A DNA stretch of 64,000 nucleotides from the IMG/VR virus record IMGVR_UViG_3300027963_005443; one strand, 5' to 3'. The stretch comes from a virus. Made by a program: the position numbers and the translations under genes. The notes under the pieces were generated by a model. The model did no database searches, was not told the origin of the DNA, and worked only from the letters and a program-made list of their open reading frames with translations. Below, piece by piece: positions 59,378-64,000 of this stretch (position 1 is its first letter; the number at the start of each line of letters is the position of its first letter).

Positions 59378-61309
59378 TTAGACATATACTGTCGTTCGAG
59401 TAACTTTATTCTCTATTTGATTTTTGGAAACAGTAAATTTAATATCTGGGTTCTTAATCCAATAATCGGAAGAAAATAACCCTATATTATCATAAAATAT
59501 AAAATTATCATAATAGGCCTGGTATCCTATGAAGAAATATTTTTTTATTATATTATACTTAAAAGAAAAAGAAAACTCTGAATTGTATTGGCAAATAAAT
59601 TCACTGGGTACAGTTAGATATAATCTAGTATCAAAATCAGTGCCATCTTTAAGAGTTCTAGACACATACATAGAGAATCTCCAATAGTAACTAGAGTCGC
59701 TATAGTTATTGTAGTTGACTATAGAAGAAAGTTGAGACTGAGATTGTGCCAAATAACCTTCTAATGAAATCGGATTCCCGGATGAATCGATTTTTCCAGA
59801 ATTAATCCAATCTTGTTCGATGGTGTCTAGCAAGGACTCATTGAACAACACGTCTCCACTATTTTTAGAATAATTAACACATCCAAAGTCAAAGACAATC
59901 TTCCAATCCTCGTTTAAATATTTATCTTTATAGTGGAATATATTGGTCCATAAATTTTGTTTAGAATCATAAGTGAACCGTATGTTCTCTTGAATTTCCT
60001 GGGAATTTCTATTTAAAACATTATTTAATAAATTGAGATTACTCAAGTTGTTGTTGCAATACAATACTCCAGGCAGTGATGAACAGCCGTAGCATTTAAC
60101 AGAAACATCATTTGGCGGGAAATATAAGTTCTGCAGAAACATTTCTTCATAAGAAGGAATTAAACAAACTAAATCTGTGCAGTATCCTTCTGGTGGGACT
60201 GGCTCTATTTTTACTCTTATTTTAGTCTCAAAAGTTCCCAAGAAATTTCCCTTATGAGAATAATCACTAGAGAATATGATTCTCCCAGTAGGCTTATACG
60301 ACCATTTGTTACTAACCTGTGATTCTGGGGCAAATATTATTGATCCGTCGCCATCATAAAAGAAATTATTGTTATCCGGACCCGACCATCTTACCTTGGA
60401 CTTTCCATTAAAATATATAAATCCTTCAGGAAAATAATCTTTATATATTGGATATTCTGCTTCTCCTCTGAATCTTATGGCCTTTTTTACAGGAGTATAT
60501 TCCCAACTAGAAGAGACTAATCCAGCATAGCCAGAAAATTTTATATACCTACTAATATCGTAAGATTCATTGTATTCATCTTCGCTAAATGAACCATAAT
60601 TTAATTCTGCTACGTATCTGTATGCATTTGTGTAAACTATGGAGTAAGAGCTAAATGATGCGAATCCACTTCCATAATAAGGAATCCTATAGGGCAATTT
60701 TTTACTATCCCCAGAAAAACTTATTTTTCCATTTCCCGTGACAGCAAAACGTTGACCTGTTAAAAGTATTCTTACTTTGTTTTCAGGTTTAGGAAAATAT
60801 TCGTCATAAGATTGTATTGAGGGAGACTGGGTGGTGGTTGCGAGAGAATTTTTCCTAAAACTAACGGTGGTGGCAACCTTGATTCTGACCGACTCGGAGT
60901 ACTCTGTACTCAATGCCACACATTCAGTTATCTTTTTAAAATCAACAACTTCTAATATATTACAGATATCATTGGTGCTAGAATTACTTATAGCTGGGCG
61001 TGACCATTTTTTAACACTACAGAGCTTCCAATTCCAGCCAGTATCATTTAATTCTTGGCAAAGCTCTTCTACGCTATTAGCTAGTATTATTTGAAAATAC
61101 TGGCTCTTGTTTTGACATTCTGAGTTTGGATTTATGGGAGGGCAAACATCGGTATTGTTTGTTGATAAATCTTTACAGCAACCTTTAACCTCATACCAAT
61201 AAGAGGACACAGAGCCAGTGTTCCAAATGAACTTGTGCTCAGTATTTGCAGGATATGCCTGATCCCAGAATATGTTTTTAGATAATTCTACTCTTAAATA
61301 ATCATCCAT
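59378..61309 (-). CDS. hypothetical (putative structural) protein
   Basis: 643-aa ORF rich in Tyr/Ser/Gly beta-type repeats (G.I.F.G.S). Confidence 0.65.
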   Translation of the reverse strand: MDDYLRVELSKNIFWDQAYPANTEHKFIWNTGSVSSYWYEVKGCCKDLSTNNTDVCPPINPNSECQNKSQYFQIILANSVEELCQELNDTGWNWKLCSVKKWSRPAISNSSTNDICNILEVVDFKKITECVALSTEYSESVRIKVATTVSFRKNSLATTTQSPSIQSYDEYFPKPENKVRILLTGQRFAVTGNGKISFSGDSKKLPYRIPYYGSGFASFSSYSIVYTNAYRYVAELNYGSFSEDEYNESYDISRYIKFSGYAGLVSSSWEYTPVKKAIRFRGEAEYPIYKDYFPEGFIYFNGKSKVRWSGPDNNNFFYDGDGSIIFAPESQVSNKWSYKPTGRIIFSSDYSHKGNFLGTFETKIRVKIEPVPPEGYCTDLVCLIPSYEEMFLQNLYFPPNDVSVKCYGCSSLPGVLYCNNNLSNLNLLNNVLNRNSQEIQENIRFTYDSKQNLWTNIFHYKDKYLNEDWKIVFDFGCVNYSKNSGDVLFNESLLDTIEQDWINSGKIDSSGNPISLEGYLAQSQSQLSSIVNYNNYSDSSYYWRFSMYVSRTLKDGTDFDTRLYLTVPSEFICQYNSEFSFSFKYNIIKKYFFIGYQAYYDNFIFYDNIGLFSSDYWIKNPDIKFTVSKNQIENKVTRTTVYV

Positions 61310-61327
61310 AGAACTATCTATTATTCA

Positions 61328-62074
61328 TCATTCACCTATTTTTGCCAAAATTCTGGAAATTACAGGATTCCTGATAATGTCTGAGTTATCGAATCTAAAG
61401 GTTCCCACACTCTCTATTCCGGTTAATTTGTTATACCAATATGGCAATCCAGATTCTCCTTCATAAAGATCCGTTTGTTTATCATCTCCAACCAAAATGG
61501 CCTTGCTATTAAAACCCACTCTAGTGACAAACAGCTTTATTTGGGAATGCGTACAATTCTGGCATTCATCTAATATCATATAGCTATTATGATAATTCAT
61601 ACCTCTCATATAAGCTAATGGCGCTATGATTATTTCATTTTTGCCCACACGATTAACTCCATTGTTTATGAAAGTTTGGAGTTCTTGTTTGCTTATGTAT
61701 TTTGATAATTCATAATAAATTGGTTGTAGATACGGGTCGAGTTTCTGTGAAAAGTCACCAGGCAAGAATCCAAGATTTTCTCCCGCCTCAACAACTGGTC
61801 TTGTTATTATTAAACTTTTATATTCTCCAATTAAAAGTTTCTCTATTCCATAAGCTACCGCTATTAATGTTTTTCCGCATCCTGCAGGGCCGACCCCCAT
61901 GGAAACCGTATTCTCTGATATCGTTCTTATAAACTCGGCCTGATTTTTAGTTTTAGGCTTAAGTTGTTTGGCCTGTTTTATTTCTCTGGGCTGATTTTGC
62001 ATCTGATTTTGTATTGTTCCATTATTTGGGGTTTTTCTATTTTTAGATTTTTTGGATTTTTTAGGTCTACTCAT
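61328..62074 (-). CDS. phoH: PhoH-family ATPase
   Basis: KPKTKNQ, GPAGCGKT (Walker A), ITRPVVEAGENLGFLPG, PLAYMRG, ILDECQN, GDDKQTD, IIRNPVI; AAGGAG SD. Confidence 0.93.
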   Translation of the reverse strand: MSRPKKSKKSKNRKTPNNGTIQNQMQNQPREIKQAKQLKPKTKNQAEFIRTISENTVSMGVGPAGCGKTLIAVAYGIEKLLIGEYKSLIITRPVVEAGENLGFLPGDFSQKLDPYLQPIYYELSKYISKQELQTFINNGVNRVGKNEIIIAPLAYMRGMNYHNSYMILDECQNCTHSQIKLFVTRVGFNSKAILVGDDKQTDLYEGESGLPYWYNKLTGIESVGTFRFDNSDIIRNPVISRILAKIGE

Positions 62075-62113
62075 ATTCTCCTTTAGTTTTTTTATGGTTA
62101 ATCAATCGAATAA

Positions 62114-64000
62114 CTAAGTTTGGTTACAGGTGATTTCATTGCTTAATTCCCAACCGACATACCGACCATCTGCGTTACCGCAACCAGAGTCCATGGATGT
62201 TGAGCAAAAAGTTGCAGAATTATACGGTGAATCATTTACATACAATGCGGGCACATCGCAGATTTTTGTGCTTACGGGATGCGAAGACATATATGTCCCA
62301 AAGCTATCTATAACTACTCCACAATTGCAACCGTAATTAATGTTTTGCCATTCTACCACGAAGTATCCAGTATCGGCAGTGGGACCGGCTGAACAGCTAT
62401 CATTATCTATGAATTTAGCAGTCTTATACCAATTAAGAGATCCATCAAAAGCTTGAAACCCATTTCCTCCACTAGGACAACAACATTTAACTCCATCAAT
62501 TCCGTTTGACACATCAAAATATATTGTTTCAGGAGGACCCATATATTTTATAGACGCCAATGAACAAGGATTGGTAAGACTATCATCGTTATTTAGTTGG
62601 TAGCTTGCAATATTTATTCTGCCATAATTTCCATTATTATTAGCTTGTGATAATACCGTTCTTACTTGATTATTGCTTCTAAATAAATAGTTTGGATTAA
62701 ATCTTTTTATTACCATTTTGCTTAATGGACAAGTGCTGAATGTCTCTGATCCTTGGAAATGAGCTGTAGGATGGCCTATAAATATGCCGCCTATAGTATC
62801 ATTTAAACTCAAATCCACAGTTCCTAAATTATTATTATTAAGATAAAGATCAATATTGTCGTCTTTGGCAGCATTTGAATTACAAATCCATACCACAACC
62901 ACACGACAATAACACTTATATGGAACTGGCGATTTTGTTAGGGTTAAGGTTGCAGTTTTAGTTGGTGTCAGTGTTGGTGTTGATGTCAGTGTTGGAGTAA
63001 GTGTTGGGGTAAGTGTAAGTGTTGGAGTAGGAGTAGGAGGAGGCAAAGCAATACAAACCTCATTTGACATGCAAGGCTTTTTGCAAAATACCCTGAAACA
63101 TATTTCATTTGCTCCAACAGGACCATTGTTGGCTCCTACTTTCATATACTCGCTCAAGGACCCAGTTTCACAGTTTCCGCATCTACCTGGACGGAGGCAT
63201 ACGCACAGTTTATCAACGCTTCTTTGTGCAGAAACATAAGGCAACCCGTCCTGCTCATCGTTGGTACAGACAAAACTCGGCAAGTCATCACTTTGGGTGG
63301 CATACTTCCAGTAGCCAGAATTTAAACCATTACCCTTATAATAAGCAGCTTTGTACCATTCGTCTTCACTTGGTATCCAATACTTGGCATTAGTATTCTT
63401 TTCCACAATTCCACATTTTGGAACTATTCCATTGAGAGTATATGCTCCATCTTCTGTAGAAGAAGAATCAAGCATACCATTGTGAAGCCAATTACAAAAT
63501 CTAGCGCAGTCGTACCAATCCACAAGAACTACAGGTTTATTACACATTCTACTCTTTGTGGAATAAGTGTAATTTGGAGAAGATCCATTTCTCACTATAC
63601 CACAATTTACATTATATATATTATCATCTCCTTTATATAATCCGTAATCATCTTTCTTGGCAATACTATTTAAAAAAGAGCAATACTGTTTGTTGGTGAT
63701 AGAATATTTTCCTATTGAATACTTGTAAGAAACAGAACCAAATCCAGAATTTCCATTATCATCTACGGACATATCAGACCGATTATTCAAATCTTCAATA
63801 TCCATAAAGCGTATTCCGCTAAAAGACTCATCATTTAAAGTACAAAGCCTAAACCCTAATGATTCATGAAAAACATGTGCTCCCACCACTTTTGGATGGT
63901 TAGATGAGAGACCGTCTACATTCATCCAAGAACCACCTCTCCAGACTATGCAGGATTTATCCGAACAACCGGCAACATTATTTTCTGCCCAATCTAAAGT
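62114..64000 (-). CDS. FGE-sulfatase-domain protein (5' truncated by the window edge) + TPT linker + Cys-rich C-domain
   Basis: Frame open from 64000: ...IVWRGGSW...LGFRL then GFGSVSYKYSIGKYSITN...KPVVLVDWYDCARFCNWLHNG...PSEDEWYKAAYY. Confidence 0.8.
   Translation of the reverse strand, partial: TLDWAENNVAGCSDKSCIVWRGGSWMNVDGLSSNHPKVVGAHVFHESLGFRLCTLNDESFSGIRFMDIEDLNNRSDMSVDDNGNSGFGSVSYKYSIGKYSITNKQYCSFLNSIAKKDDYGLYKGDDNIYNVNCGIVRNGSSPNYTYSTKSRMCNKPVVLVDWYDCARFCNWLHNGMLDSSSTEDGAYTLNGIVPKCGIVEKNTNAKYWIPSEDEWYKAAYYKGNGLNSGYWKYATQSDDLPSFVCTNDEQDGLPYVSAQRSVDKLCVCLRPGRCGNCETGSLSEYMKVGANNGPVGANEICFRVFCKKPCMSNEVCIALPPPTPTPTLTLTPTLTPTLTSTPTLTPTKTATLTLTKSPVPYKCYCRVVVVWICNSNAAKDDNIDLYLNNNNLGTVDLSLNDTIGGIFIGHPTAHFQGSETFSTCPLSKMVIKRFNPNYLFRSNNQVRTVLSQANNNGNYGRINIASYQLNNDDSLTNPCSLASIKYMGPPETIYFDVSNGIDGVKCCCPSGGNGFQAFDGSLNWYKTAKFIDNDSCSAGPTADTGYFVVEWQNINYGCNCGVVIDSFGTYMSSHPVSTKICDVPALYVNDSPYNSATFCSTSMDSGCGNADGRYVGWELSNEITCNQT

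Noticed and set aside
40290-64000. Diversity-generating retroelement acting on the FGE/CLec domains
   Set aside because: No reverse transcriptase, no avd gene and no adenine-variant TR/VR pair seen; the two RG...GFR segments differ far beyond A-specific changes. A DGR elsewhere in the genome cannot be excluded
1-64000. Stop-codon reassignment (alternative genetic code)
   Set aside because: Multi-kb ORFs and complete enzymes are intact in the standard bacterial code, and TAA, TAG and TGA all end genes at sensible places
1-64000. Eukaryotic giant virus (NCLDV) origin, suggested by RCC1, FN3 and Cys-rich content
   Set aside because: SD sites, sigma70-like promoters, coupled ATGA overlaps, csrA, phoH and GlsB/YeaQ favour a bacteriophage; not formally excluded because no core genes are in the window

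Overview
AT-rich, gene-dense 64-kb segment, most consistent with a large (jumbo/huge, possibly T4-like) dsDNA bacteriophage. No capsid, terminase or polymerase gene lies in the window, so this assignment is inferred from SD sites, sigma70-like promoters, csrA, phoH, a GlsB/YeaQ membrane protein and T4-like capsid-targeting N-termini; the host may be a planctomycete. Most of the window is a family of large modular, Cys-rich, probably virion-surface proteins. They are built from RCC1, Asp-box and other propellers, FN3, DUF642-like, LamG-like and FGE/C-type-lectin domains joined by mucin-like Thr/Pro tracts. At least six protease domains (2x M43, 3x trypsin-like, 1x S53) and several glycosylation genes (GT60-like, GT47-like, GT2-like, rmlC) accompany them. 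Metabolic and regulatory genes (guaC, short purA, csrA, phoH, macrodomain, radical SAM, GNAT, HNH) are interspersed. Main observations: (1) a circularly permuted FGE/CLec domain inserted into another domain; (2) repeated nesting of modules inside other domains, sometimes bounded by Thr tracts; (3) a 12-Cys C-terminal module ending four genes, linked to a conserved stop-promoter-start junction that forms a 43-bp inverted repeat around 21.2-28.0 kb; (4) a GT60-like enzyme beside dozens of mucin-like tracts, suggesting phage-encoded O-glycosylation; (5) a ~120-nt tnpB 3' end/right-end remnant resembling an orphan omegaRNA; (6) a TATATA putative late promoter, often giving near-leaderless starts. 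All family assignments come from motif recognition by eye; no searches were run.
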